A stretch of 63,689 nt of DNA, counting the filler, from Conidiobolus incongruus B7586 (taxonomy: Eukaryota), in NCBI GenBank assembly GCA_000697335.1. It is 35 parts of 35 records of this genome, joined end to end, with 100 filler letters (N's around TTAATTAATTAA, not from the genome) between each part and the next. Parts side by side here need not be neighbours in the genome. Positions count along the whole stretch, not along the records: positions 41,821 to 45,806 come from JNEM01005150.1; positions 45,907 to 47,065 come from JNEM01005152.1; positions 47,166 to 48,878 come from JNEM01005153.1; positions 48,979 to 50,542 come from JNEM01005155.1; positions 50,643 to 52,343 come from JNEM01005156.1; positions 52,444 to 53,450 come from JNEM01005159.1; positions 53,551 to 54,906 come from JNEM01005160.1; 28 more parts are not named here. One strand, 5' to 3'. Made by a program: the position numbers and the translations under genes. The notes under the pieces were generated by a model. That model made no database searches and was not told where the DNA came from. It saw only the letters and a program-made list of their open reading frames with translations. How positions within the stretch are numbered: the stretch's first letter is position 1; every line of letters starts with the position of its first letter. Positions 41,909 to 55,006 of the stretch are shown here, piece after piece.

Positions 41909-44384
41909 TCTATGCTTGTAATATTCTTAACCCTAATATATTCTATTTGGTCTTAGAGACTTCTCCCTAGACGTACCAACAATAAAAAACAATATACTCG
42001 ATCATGAAATGCGTCACATTTCGGTTTCAAATGCTTTTTAATTTAATTACTCCGAGCTGTCTTCGAGCTCGCGTTTCACATGGGTCAATCAGCTAAAAAC
42101 CAATTATAATACTTCACCTCATATTAAAGACTTTGATCATACTATTATTAATTTTTTACCTAACGTGGATATATTTTACAATGTAATATAAGTATATCAC
42201 TATCAGATTTTAATTCAATCATTTTATACTTATATATATTACTGTTTAATGTAATAATTAATAATGCTATATTATTTTCCTTTAAAAGTCTAGTAATAAT
42301 ACTAATCTAATATATTTTTCATTTTGTTTATGTATATCACTATTCTTCAATATTGAAATAATTTGCAAAGTCACGGAGTCATGTGATTCATTCTAATCTT
42401 TATATCCATTTTCAACTTCACGATTAATTAATTAAATTCAAATATTAGTGATTTTAAATAAATAGATATATAATAAAAACTCAGCTTATCAAATATGTAA
42501 AAATTTCAATTATATATATTTAATAATACACTAATTTTAATATATTACATTCATTAATAATTCTTTTATATAACTAGGAATTAGATCTGGTTGTTTTTGC
42601 AATGTTAAGAATAGTTAATATTTAAATTAATAACCTAATTTTTAAATTATTAATTGTTTGAATTAAAATAATATATGGTAAGAGTAAATATCGACAAAGT
42701 ACTTTATTCTATTAAAAAGAACGTTTGATTAATCATTGATATTTAACAAGAGAATCAAACGAATTTGATTGCTTTGATGAATTATTAAATACATAAATAT
42801 ATCATATTGTAAATCAAATTAATTTCTGACAAAGAATAATTTACATTCAATATTTTTAACGAAAAATTCTCACTATCAGTTTTGTTTGTGTTATCAAAGA
42901 GAAATAAAATAATTATTATTTTGGTATGAATATATTAAACCATAAAATTGAATAACTTTAAAATCATTTTCATTACTGCTTTAAATGATATGATTGTTTA
43001 AAATCTATTATTATACATTGAAAATAATATAATTTTTATCCATTTCGAATTTTTCGGGCTTTGTTACAAATAATTCAACAATGGTTTTATGTTTAAATTC
43101 TGGAAAATTATTTTTATTCTTTCAATATTAAACATTTAATATTAAAATAATAATATTCTAACTAATCTTTGTTAAATCGTGACAAACATTAATAATTGTG
43201 TGACTAATCTTCAAAGAGTTGATTCTTTGTAAATTATTTGATATTGATTAAAAGTTTGTATTTCTTCTATGATTTATCATAATTTGGGTTTATTATTCTA
43301 GTCGATATTATAATATAGCTATCAAAACTATAGTAATCCAATCATATATCTTGAATTAAGTTTTAACTGCCCAGAATAACTCTGAATATTGATTAAATGC
43401 AATATTTGGTTGTAATTTACAATATGATGATATTATTGAATATATTATGTTAGTATATATACCTCATTCTCTAAATAACCATAAATGATATTCTGATTTA
43501 TCTATTTTAATGTGAACGGAGATCAATGTATTTATTTGGAGAATAATTAACAATAACCTATTGTTTTTATAATATTAATATTTAAAAATATATCGGACAT
43601 AAAATGATTTGTACTGAATTTTATTCCTAATTAGTATATTATTTAGATAAATTGAGGTATAATTGATTCTTAATTGTGAATTGTTATGCCATTTAGTAAA
43701 ATTATATATAAATTAATTATAAAGAATCCAATCTAAGTAACTGCAAAGCATTGATATTGTGATTGAGAGAGGATATTTAAAAAAATTTTCAAGTTCCAAT
43801 TTGTATTTTGTGATAATATAAATCAAAAAGGTGGGATATTTTTGGAAAATTTTTGGCTTGGTATGGTATCTCACTTTCATTCAAATATATGTCAATTGAT
43901 AAAGTATTGGTTATTTATTTATTAATTATTAATATAAAAAAATCTTTATATAGTTGTTAATTCATTTCATTTATAAATCAATCCCTATTTAAGCTCAATA
44001 CAGTATTATTTAATATGTGATAGCTTGCAATATATACATTTCAATATTGAAATTTTAAAAATTTTAGTAAATATTATCAGTTAGGTATCATTATTATATG
44101 TTGAATATAATATATTATTCATATATTTTTAGATTTTTGTATAATTGTTTAATCATGGTATTGTAATTGAAACGTTCAATATAAGCTGATCAGTACATCA
44201 TCATATTCTCGAATTATACAAATTATTACTAATGTGGTGAATTATCCCATAAAACACAATGCCTATTACGCATTAAATAGAGTATTATCCTCATTCTAAT
44301 CATTTTATTTTTACTATTTAAATTACCCCACAATAATCCTAATTCAAATATTTCAATATTTTGATTTTAAAATCTACAATAGAA

Positions 44385-45254
44385 ATGGCAACATCTGCTT
44401 CAGCTCTACTATTAAAAAAACAATTAAAAGGTATATTTTTATTATCATATATGTTGAAATTGAAACCAATTACACGACTTTAGAACTTAATAAAAACCCT
44501 GTTGAAGGCTTTTCTGCTGGTTTGGTTAATGATAATAACATTTACGAGGTATTAATTCTTTCAAATTTAAATTATTCTTTATTATTCACATTCACTTAAT
44601 TAGTGGGAAATTATGATAATTGGTCCCCCTGATACTCTATAGTAAGTTAATATCGCATTATACTTTGAACTTCTTGAGCTAACTACTCATTTCAGCGAAG
44701 GAGGTTTCTTTAAAGCTAGATTAAAGTTCCCTCAGGTAATTTATGTCTTATTCCTTTAACCTTTATAATTAATTTATTTTTTAGGATTATCCACAAATGC
44801 CACCAACTCTCAAGTTTATTTCAGAAATGTGGCATCCAAATGGTAATACATTAAATATCATTAAAAAAGTAAAGTTGTTTAATAATGTATTTTAGTCTAC
44901 TCAAACGGCGAAGTTTGTATTTCGATTTTGGTATTTATTCAATATATTCTTTATCCACATCAAACTAACAAGCGTTTAGCATCCACCTGGTGATGATAGA
45001 TATGGTTATGAACAAGCTTCAGAACGCTGGTTACCTGTGCACACTGTCGAAACCATTATGCTCAGTGTTATATCTATGTTATCTAGCCCTAATGATGAAT
45101 CTCCTGCCAATGTCCAAGCTGCTGTAAGTATTCATAAGCATACTATATTATTATGTTTACTCATATTGAATTTTAGAAAGAATGGCGTGAAGATCCTGCC
45201 ACTTTTAAGAAAAAAGTCTTGCGAACTGTCAGAAAATCACTTGATGACATGTAA
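44385..45254 (+). CDS. UBE2G1: Ubiquitin-conjugating enzyme E2, UBE2G1/Ubc7 family; exons 44385-44430, 44484-44548, 44604-44641, 44696-44735, 44785-44842, 44896-44930, 44980-45123, 45177-45254 (167 aa)
   Basis: The spliced translation is [30 protein letters not shown]...[23 protein letters not shown]...[43 protein letters not shown]. It has the HPN motif, the catalytic Cys and the acidic-loop insertion. Seven GT-AG introns of 49-55 nt. Confidence 0.95.
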
Positions 45255-45697
45255 AATAATATCTATATTAAGTCAGTCAGTAGTCTTTCTACTATCTGTT
45301 TTGTTTAGTTTTATACAATTTTTAATAAAACGCTATATAAATATATATTGTTAGGTTGTAACAATTTTCTCAACAAAATTATTTAGACTCTATCTTAAAA
45401 ATCAATATGCTGATAAAATGATATTTTATTTCTATTATATAAATATAATATTAATTATTGATCAATTTTTGTTTTTGTCTTGTATACTTCACTGAAAACT
45501 GAAAAATTAATTACAAATATGAATTATTCTATATTTGTTGAAACAATATTTCATTCATATTCTAATTTTGAAATGAATGAAGTCAACAACTAATTTTCTT
45601 CACTATAATATCAATTAAACAATAAAATTAGAGAAATTATTATTATATATCAATTTTAACATAATTTAATATTTAATTGTAATTAATGTTATTTATA

Positions 45698-45806
45698 CAC
45701 TAACTTACAAAAGTGAATTATAAAATCAAAAATATATATTTTAATTAATAACTAAAATAATTATATATATTGAATTACCTAAAACTATAATATATAATTA
45801 AGGTAA
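45698..45806 (+). mobile_element. Left end (outer TIR) of the Tc1-type element
   Basis: TA|cactaacttacaaaagtgaattataaaatcaaaaa. Matches 26679-26790. Confidence 0.72.
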
Positions 45807-47689
45807 NNNNNNNNNNNNNNNNNNNNNNNNNNNNNNNNNNNNNNNNNNNNTTAATTAATTAANNNNNNNNNNNNNNNNNNNNNNNNNNNNNNNNNNNNNN
45901 NNNNNNTTAATACGACTAAAGAATTTATATAATATCAAAGTTTTAATAAGAAAATATCATTATTTAAATCTTTATACATTATAATATATAGTCAATTAAA
46001 ATTATTTAAATTTTTATATTAACTAATTTTATTTATAAATATATACTATAATTTATACACTTAATATATAATTGATTTTTAATTATATATATACTTATAA
46101 TTATAGTGTTTTAATGTGAATTTAGTGATTAAAATTGCGAAAAAATTGAATACTTTGATTTATTTTATTTTAAAATTTTTTTTATGTAATTCGTATATAA
46201 ATTAGTTTAACAAATAAAATTTAATTTAATTTAATTATAATTTGTTCATTTTAATCAAATAAAGTGATCTGATATTTCTTTAATTTTATTTAAATTAAAT
46301 TATTTTAATATATTGTTTTAATAACTGACTTAAGAAAATAAATCAAAAATAAAAGAAATAAATATAAATTTTCAACTATTATAATTATTAATTTATTTTA
46401 TTATATAGAAGATTTTATATTTTAAAATTAAATTATATATATTATAAGATATAATTAATAACCTTATAATTTTTTAAAATAATTTTAAATAATAAGGAAT
46501 TTAGTCTATTATTTAAAATTTTATCTTTTTTTATTTTTATATAATTTTATTAATATTAAAAAAATTGGATTAAAATTATTTAATAAAAATCCTATATAAT
46601 TTCCTTTTATACCCTATATATCAAGAGTAAATTATATTTAACTAATTATATTAATTTAATTAATATATATAGAAATAGCTTATAATAATTATCTAAGTTG
46701 ATAATATATAATAATAATATCTAGTTTATATAATAATTAATAAAATTTATTATAATAGCTTTGGAAATATTATATTATATTTTAAGCTTTAATATAATGA
46801 TTATTTTAACCCCCCAAAAGGCTGAATTAAGTTTGAATCCTTATTATTTACTATTTTAATTTAAGAAATAACTTATTTATTATTAAAACTTATAATTTAA
46901 AAAAATTATATAATTTTTTCCTAAATAATGATTTATATAATATTAAAATATTTAAATTAAAAAGTTATTTCTTTTAATATTATATAATTATTTAATTTAT
47001 TTAAAATAGTATTATTTAAATATTTAATTAATGAAAGAAAATATTAATATTTTAAAATAATAGAANNNNNNNNNNNNNNNNNNNNNNNNNNNNNNNNNNN
47101 NNNNNNNNNTTAATTAATTAANNNNNNNNNNNNNNNNNNNNNNNNNNNNNNNNNNNNNNNNNNNNTTATTAAGTAAAATATTATCATTATAAATTATAGT
47201 GTTAGATATTTTAATATATATAACTATTTTAGTTATTAATAGTAAAATATTTATATGTTTAATTATTTTAATAATTATTATAAATTAATATATAATTAAA
47301 CTTATATCCATTAGGAATAAAATATATTTTTATATAAAATAAATAATATATCTTATTAACAAAATTATTTCAAATTTTTCAAAAAATATTAAAAATGTTT
47401 TAACTTATTATATTTATTTGTAAAATCTAAAAAGTATGTCTTTTTTAAGAAACTTTTAAATAATATATTAAAAAATGAGTTTTTTAAATTTTTATATATT
47501 TTTCTTTATATTTTATTTCAATATTTATGATATTATTAATTTTTATTTTTTAAGTTAAAATTATTATATAAATAATATTAAATGATTTAATAAATGAAGT
47601 TTTTTTTAATCATTTTTATTTATTATCTTTTATAATATTTTTAAGCTTGAAACTATATTTTATTAATATTATAATATATTAATATTATT

Positions 47690-48878
47690 TATTTTTCTGT
47701 ATTTTTAATAATGGGCATTTTTTGTCATTAAAAATAATCCAATATATTAAAATATAGTATTTAAAAATAAATATAAAATATAAATTTAATAGTTTCTTTT
47801 ATTATTAATAATTTTTTGTTATATTTTTAATAAACTTCTAATACTTAAAAAATAGTTCTTTTTATCAAAAACTGAAATTTGATATTTTATAAAATAATTG
47901 AATTTTTTGCAAAAATTTTCTTTTTCATATACTGGTTTTTTAATCTCATAAAGTAATTATAATCATATTAGTTATAATCTAAACAATATATCAAATATAG
48001 TAGTTTTTTCTGGTTATTTTTAATTATAATGTTTTTTATAGCTTTAGATTTATATTTTGTAATTATTATGCAAAATAATAAGTCAGCTTAAATTATATTA
48101 AAAACATTAATTAAAAATACTTTTATTTAATAAAATAATATAAAGTTATTATTAATTGATTTTGCTTTAAGAATTAAATAAAAGCAATATATACCTATAT
48201 AATTTATTATAATAATTAACATTTATTTATTATTAAAAACTAATTTAAAAGAATTTATAAAAGGGATTAATTTAGCTTAATCTAGCATCTTGATTTGTGT
48301 TTTGATAAAAGATTATATATAAAGATCTAAAGTTCATCAATTGTAATTATTTGCTATAAAAGTTTAGGTCTCTAGTAATATTTTAATAAGTTTTGTTTAA
48401 TATTAACTAATTTAACTTTTTTAAACTTTAGTTAAATTATAAAGTATCCATTTTATATTTTTTTTATTAATTTGTATTTAATCTTTAATATATATATAAA
48501 ATACTTATAAAACTAATATTAAAATGTTTAGATAATCCTTTATTTAAAATAATAAAATACTTTTTAATATATCTTTTTACTTTATTAAAAATTGAAAAAT
48601 AATAGTTATAGTTAGTTTTTTAGATTTTAGCAAGTTTTACATAGTTTTTCTCTTAGTTTTAAAATGATTTACCTAATAATAAATTGTTAATTTAGATAAT
48701 ATTTTATTATTAAAAGCTATTTATAAATTTTAAATCATTTTAAAAAACTTATGGTTAAGTTTTACTAATATTCAAATAACAGACTTTTAATAATTATTAT
48801 TTGGTTTAAGCATAATTAAATTAAATATCTAATTTTAAAAAATTAATTTTTTAAATAAAAAAATTATAAAAATATATA
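47690..48878 (-). mobile_element. Mariner-type (DD34D) transposon, hypermutated
   Basis: attattatgcaaaataat (LHDN region) and ttcatcaattg (IDE) in reverse complement. Collinear with 10797-11990. Confidence 0.88.
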
Positions 48879-49966
48879 NNNNNNNNNNNNNNNNNNNNNN
48901 NNNNNNNNNNNNNNNNNNNNNNTTAATTAATTAANNNNNNNNNNNNNNNNNNNNNNNNNNNNNNNNNNNNNNNNNNNNATAATATAAAAAATTATAAATT
49001 TAGAAATTTATTAAATAAAAGATTTATAAAAAAACATGATTTTAATTTACTAGTCTATCTTTAAACTATTTATTTATATTTGTTACTATATTTTATTAAT
49101 ATTATATAATTTTTTTCTGTTAATTGTAAACAATATGTTAAAAAATAATAATGCATTAATTGACTATATTTTCATTATTTTAAATAATAAATATCAGTTT
49201 GATATTATTAAATTATAATACAAAAATTCAAAGATTAAATTTCAAATTATAATATATGATACAAATAGATATAAATGGATTTATTTATATAAAAATATTA
49301 TAGAATAATTGAGAATATTTTGATAAAAATAGACACAAATTTTACAAGCACAAAATTTTAGTTTCTGTAAAAGGTTAATTAAAAAAGATATTTATTATAT
49401 TAATTTGCAATGTTTGAAATTGAATATTTGTTAATAATGGTACCTGGAGATGAATATATTGATTGTCAGTATTATATGTATAGTTGAAATCAAAACCAAA
49501 TGATATAATAATTCATTTTATATTATATAAATGAATATTATGTTTGAATATATTTTCACATATATTATTGATATATTTATTATAGTTATAATTAATATAA
49601 CAAAGAAATTTATATTAGAGAATAAAGATTAAAACGATTAGGAATATTATATAATGATTAATAAAAGCTTGTAGTATAAATCAAAATCGATATTATAAAT
49701 AATAAAAAATAAATTTTAAAGAAAACTAAATGAATTTATGAATACTTTAAATGATAATATCAAATAAAATTAATTATGATATCACTATTGAAAATTGATA
49801 GAGAAGAAATTATAATTGTAAATAAATCAGATAAATGGTTTTGATTGGTGGAAGGGGAAAAGTTTATCACGAGAATCGATTTGGGAAAAGAAATTATGTG
49901 ATTAGATCGGGTCCTTCTCTTTCATCTGGTAATTGACTCTTTGGGCTCAATTCTGAATATAACAAA

Positions 49967-50542
49967 ATGGTATGTTTATACCCAAAATACAGATCATTAG
50001 AGAAATAAATTAGAGCATCCATCCAATTATCGAAAATAAGAAATGATATACAATGAATGTTAAAAATCAAAATAATAGAAAATATATAAAAATTCCAATT
50101 ATACTAAAACATTCGATGCTAATGATCATTCAAATTGTTAATGTCTAAGATTACTAATTAAAGCATTATTTAGTCTACTGAAGTCGCCCCCAAATCCAAA
50201 TCTAGCAACCCCATGCGTGAAATCCGCATTGAAAAACTTGTTTTAAACATTTGTGTTGGTGAATCTGGTGACAGATTGACCCGTGCCGCTAAGGTTTTGG
50301 AAGCTTTGACTGGTCAGACTCCCGTTTACTCTAAAGCCCGTCTTACCATCAGAACTTTCAGCATTCGTCGTAACGAAAAGATTGCTGTCCACGTTACTGT
50401 CCGTGGTGCTAAGGCCGAAGAAATCTTAGAACGTGGTTTGAAGGTTAAGGAATACGAACTCCGTGATCGCAACTTCTCCAACAACGGTAACTTCGGTTTC
50501 GGTATTCAAGAACACATCGATTTGGGTATCAAATACGATCCC
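49967..50542 (+). CDS. RPL11: 60S ribosomal protein L11 (uL5), 3'-truncated at the contig end; exon 1 is ATG only (49967-49969), exon 2 starts at 50174
   Basis: [31 protein letters not shown]...[15 protein letters not shown]...[19 protein letters not shown]. The intron GTATGT...tactaat...TAG (49970-50173) is in frame. Codon bias is strong. Confidence 0.97.
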
Positions 50543-50900
50543 NNNNNNNNNNNNNNNNNNNNNNNNNNNNNNNNNNNNNNNNNNNNTTAATTAATTAANN
50601 NNNNNNNNNNNNNNNNNNNNNNNNNNNNNNNNNNNNNNNNNNAATAGATTTTACTAAATATTTATATAATATAAAAGAAATAAATATACTTATATATTAA
50701 TTATTAATTAATTAATGATTTATTATAATATATTAAAATTGAAATTATATTTTTAATAAATTAATCTATAAAACTAAAAAAAATTAATTTTATATAATAT
50801 TAATGTTTTTTTATTTATATTGTTAGGAGTTTTGAGATATAAAATTAATTCTATCTTTATTAAAATAATAAAATTAAATATTGTATGAATTAATTTAATA

Positions 50901-52343
50901 TATTAACCTATAAAAATATATTATAAAATCAGAAACACATATATTTTTACTAATAACTTGATTAATATTTAATCAAATAAACTTAAATTAAGTAATTAAA
51001 ATCTATTATATTTATTAATAATATATATTATTAAGTGATAATATTTAGCTATTAATTGGTTAAAATATAAACCCTTAAATTTTACCTAAAGTGTGTTATA
51101 AATTTGTAGATTTTTGATGATAAAATGAAATTAACACTTAGTATATTTATCTTTAGCTTTTCTAACTTCTTTAAGTTTATGGGGTATAAAATCAACTATC
51201 TTCTTATATTAAAAAAGGTTAATCTTGTTCTATGTTTCTTAAATATATTCTTAAAGCTAATCTAAATCTTTTGTTAGAAGGAAAGCTTTAATAACTTTTT
51301 TTAACTAATTCTAAAAATATTAAATTAAGTTAAAGTTATAAGATTAAAGAAGCTACTTTATAACTATTATTTTGTTATTTTTAAGTTATTTGGTAGTAAA
51401 AACTCTAGTATAGCAAGAAACATTATTTTGTTAGAAAATAATATCAAATTAGTTTAACCTATATTATTCAATAATTTTTTTGAATTTATTGTTTAGAATA
51501 TTTTAATATATTTTAATATTAATTCACCTATTAACTTTATAAAGATACTTTATATTTAAAGATAATATATATCCCTAAGTAATAATTATCCTCCAATTAT
51601 ATTTTTAGGTAAAATCAACATAATAATCACAAAGTAGTTTTATATCTTTTTTAAAGCATCTAACTTTTTTATTAGATTTACTAAGATATATTTTTATTTT
51701 ATCAAACTAAATAACCTTACTCTAATTAGTTTTAATTTAATATTAGTAATGATATTTAGACTCTTGCTTAACTTTATAATAAGATTCTTTTAGTTGAGAG
51801 TGTTTTTTATTAAAATATAAGTGATATCTATACTAATATAAAGTATATATAATAGTATTAATATTAATTAATATTCTTATATAATCTTATAATTCCTGTT
51901 ATATTTCTATAATAGTACTATACTTACTTATATTAATTAACCTATAGGTATATTTTTTATCATATTTATTTATGATCTTAGCCTGCTTAAGTTTAAGTTT
52001 AAATATATTTTTATTGCTATTCTTAATAGCTTTAACTATAGTAAACTAGTTAACATTAGTAATTCTAACAACATCATAAGCTGATTTATTTTTTTTATAA
52101 AGTTGATTAATATACAAATAGATATTTAAAGAGGGATTTAAATATAATAATATTAATAAAAAAATTTAGTATATCTCTAAAATATTATATATAATAATAA
52201 CAAGAAAAGAAAAAAGATATGGTTATATATTGTTAAATATATCCCCTTATCTCAAAAACCAACAAATTTATAACTCACCTTAGTTAAATATTAAGGGTTA
52301 ATATTTTTGCTAATAGTTTACTAAATATATCAAAATATATTTA
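50901..52343 (-). mobile_element. Tc1-type (DD34E) transposon, hypermutated, near full length
   Basis: Outer right end tattaacctataaaaat. Inner repeats at about 51085 and about 52265-52285 (taactcaccttag). The body is collinear with other copies. Confidence 0.9.
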
Positions 52344-54148
52344 NNNNNNNNNNNNNNNNNNNNNNNNNNNNNNNNNNNNNNNNNNNNTTAATTAATTAAN
52401 NNNNNNNNNNNNNNNNNNNNNNNNNNNNNNNNNNNNNNNNNNNATTTATCAAAAATAACCTTAAAATAATAATAACACTATTATTAAAAATATATATATA
52501 TATTATAAATAAATAATTCATTTTTAATTTAATATAAATATTATAATATTATAATATTATAATTTTTATATGTTTTACTTTAGCTTATTATAGTTTTATT
52601 ATTGCTTTAATTTTAATATAATGTTAATTTAAAGTTATTATAAATTACAACTAATAATATTTAAGTTGATTAAGACACTTCTATATTCTATATAAGATTT
52701 ACAAAGATTAAAGGATTAAAATAATAAAAAAATAGTTTTAATAAAATTTTTTTAAAAAAATATAATAAAATTACTTATTAAGATTAATATAATATAGATT
52801 TTTATCTTTTAATTTTTGTTAAAAATAACCTAATTAATAAATCATATTAAAAAAATAAATTAAATAATAAAAACAAAAATAATAAAAAACCTAATGACAA
52901 AAACTTACACTTATATATTAATAAGCTTTAGTTTAGAATTTTTGATTAATTTTAAAATCAACTAACTAATAAATTACTCCCTTAATATTTAATTAATTTT
53001 AAATTAAAACTCTACATAGATATAAAATTAAAAAGCTATTTTATTTATAAAGTATCTAATATTAAAATAAAAGTTTTTTAAAAATCTTAAAAAAAATTAA
53101 ATAAAAAGATAAATTTATAAATATGATATTTTATTCATCTTATTAGTATTTGTAATTAAAAAATCTTTTGGTTATTAACTTTGAGTAAATATATAATAAC
53201 TAAATAATACTATTAATAACTATTTATAGTTATTATTAAATATTTATTCTTTTTTTAATAAGTATCAGAGATGTTTAATTTTATTAATATTTAATATAAT
53301 AAATAAATATCAATAATATTATATCTATCTTAAATATAAGGTTTTTATTATATTCTATTATCTTTTTAATATTTTTATTTAAAAAACCTTTTTATAAAGA
53401 TATAAAATATTATCTTTAACTTTTAATAAAATAATATAAATAATTTTTATNNNNNNNNNNNNNNNNNNNNNNNNNNNNNNNNNNNNNNNNNNNNTTAATT
53501 AATTAANNNNNNNNNNNNNNNNNNNNNNNNNNNNNNNNNNNNNNNNNNNNATTAAGGTTATTATTATATAATAATATATTTACTTTTTTTAAATATTAAT
53601 GTTTAATAATTAATTAATTAATATTTTAATTTTTTTATTAATAATTAAGATTCAAAAAAAATATAATATAGATTAATCTTATTTATCACTCAAGAAACCC
53701 CAATTATTATAATAATTCTAAAAGGTATTTTGGAAATACCTTATTATATAAATTAGCTAAATTTGTCACTTAATAAATATATTTTTCTATTTTTATTACA
53801 AAAAGTTTTTATTTTTTAAATATTTCTTATAATACTCACAAAATTATTGAATATTTATTTTATTTATAATAAATGATTTTTATATAATTTGGTGAATTTT
53901 ATTAATTTCCCTTATTTTTGTGATATTATTTTATCTATCAATTGTAATGATTTGTTTAAGCTCCAAAAGTCTGTTTTCTCTTATAATTGTAATTACTAAA
54001 TAATAATTTATTTTATATTATCTTATTTTATAATATTATTATTATGATTGTGATTTGATATATAATTAAAAATAATTAAAATATTAATTTATTATAATTA
54101 ATATTAATCAGTATTCTCTTTATATTTATTAAAATAAATATATATATG

Positions 54149-54906
54149 CATTGGCCTATAAAAGTGAGTCATAAAATTATAATTATAAATATTTCTATTT
54201 AATATTTTATTAATTCTTATTTTTACAATTCTGAACTAAAATATATAATAAACATATATTATTTATTTATATTAGATATATTTGATCAAATTTTATTAAC
54301 TTTTAGTTAATATATTAAAGTTTAAATTTTATTCAAAATAAGTAATAAATTTATATATTTTGTTTATAAAAAAATTAAAACTTATTATATCTATCTTTTG
54401 GTTTTTCTAACTTCCTTAAGTTTATAAGATATAGAGTCAATTAACTTCTTATATTAAAAAGGATTAATTTTGATTTAAGCTTCTTAAATATATTCTTAAA
54501 GTTTATTTAAATTTTTTACAAATGGGAAAGCTTTAATTACTTTGATTAATTAACCTTAAAGATATTTAATTAGATTCAAATTAAAAGATTAAAAAAACTA
54601 CTATAAAATAATTATTTTATTATTTTTTAATTATATGGTAATAAAAAAAATAATAGAGCAAAAGATATTATTTTATTAGAAAATAATATTTGATTTATTT
54701 AACTTATGATATTCAATTGTTTTTAATATATTATATAGAATATTTTAATATAACTTAATATTAATTCCCTTATTAATTTTATAAAAATACCTTATATTAA
54801 AAGAAAACATATATTCTTAAACTATAATTAATCCACTATTATATTTTTATATTAAAATAAAATAATAGTTATATAATAGTTTTTTGTCTTTTCTAAAATA
54901 TTTTAT
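54149..54906 (-). mobile_element. Tc1-type transposon, 3' half with the best-preserved outer TIR
   Basis: cattggcctataaaagtgagtcataaaatt at 54149. The body matches the family. Confidence 0.85.
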
Positions 54907-55006
54907 NNNNNNNNNNNNNNNNNNNNNNNNNNNNNNNNNNNNNNNNNNNNTTAATTAATTAANNNNNNNNNNNNNNNNNNNNNNNNNNNNNNNNNNNNNN
55001 NNNNNN

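Noticed and set aside
45037..45354. 105-aa ORF as a standalone gene
   Set aside because: It is UBE2G1 exon 7 read through intron 7 into an off-frame exon 8.
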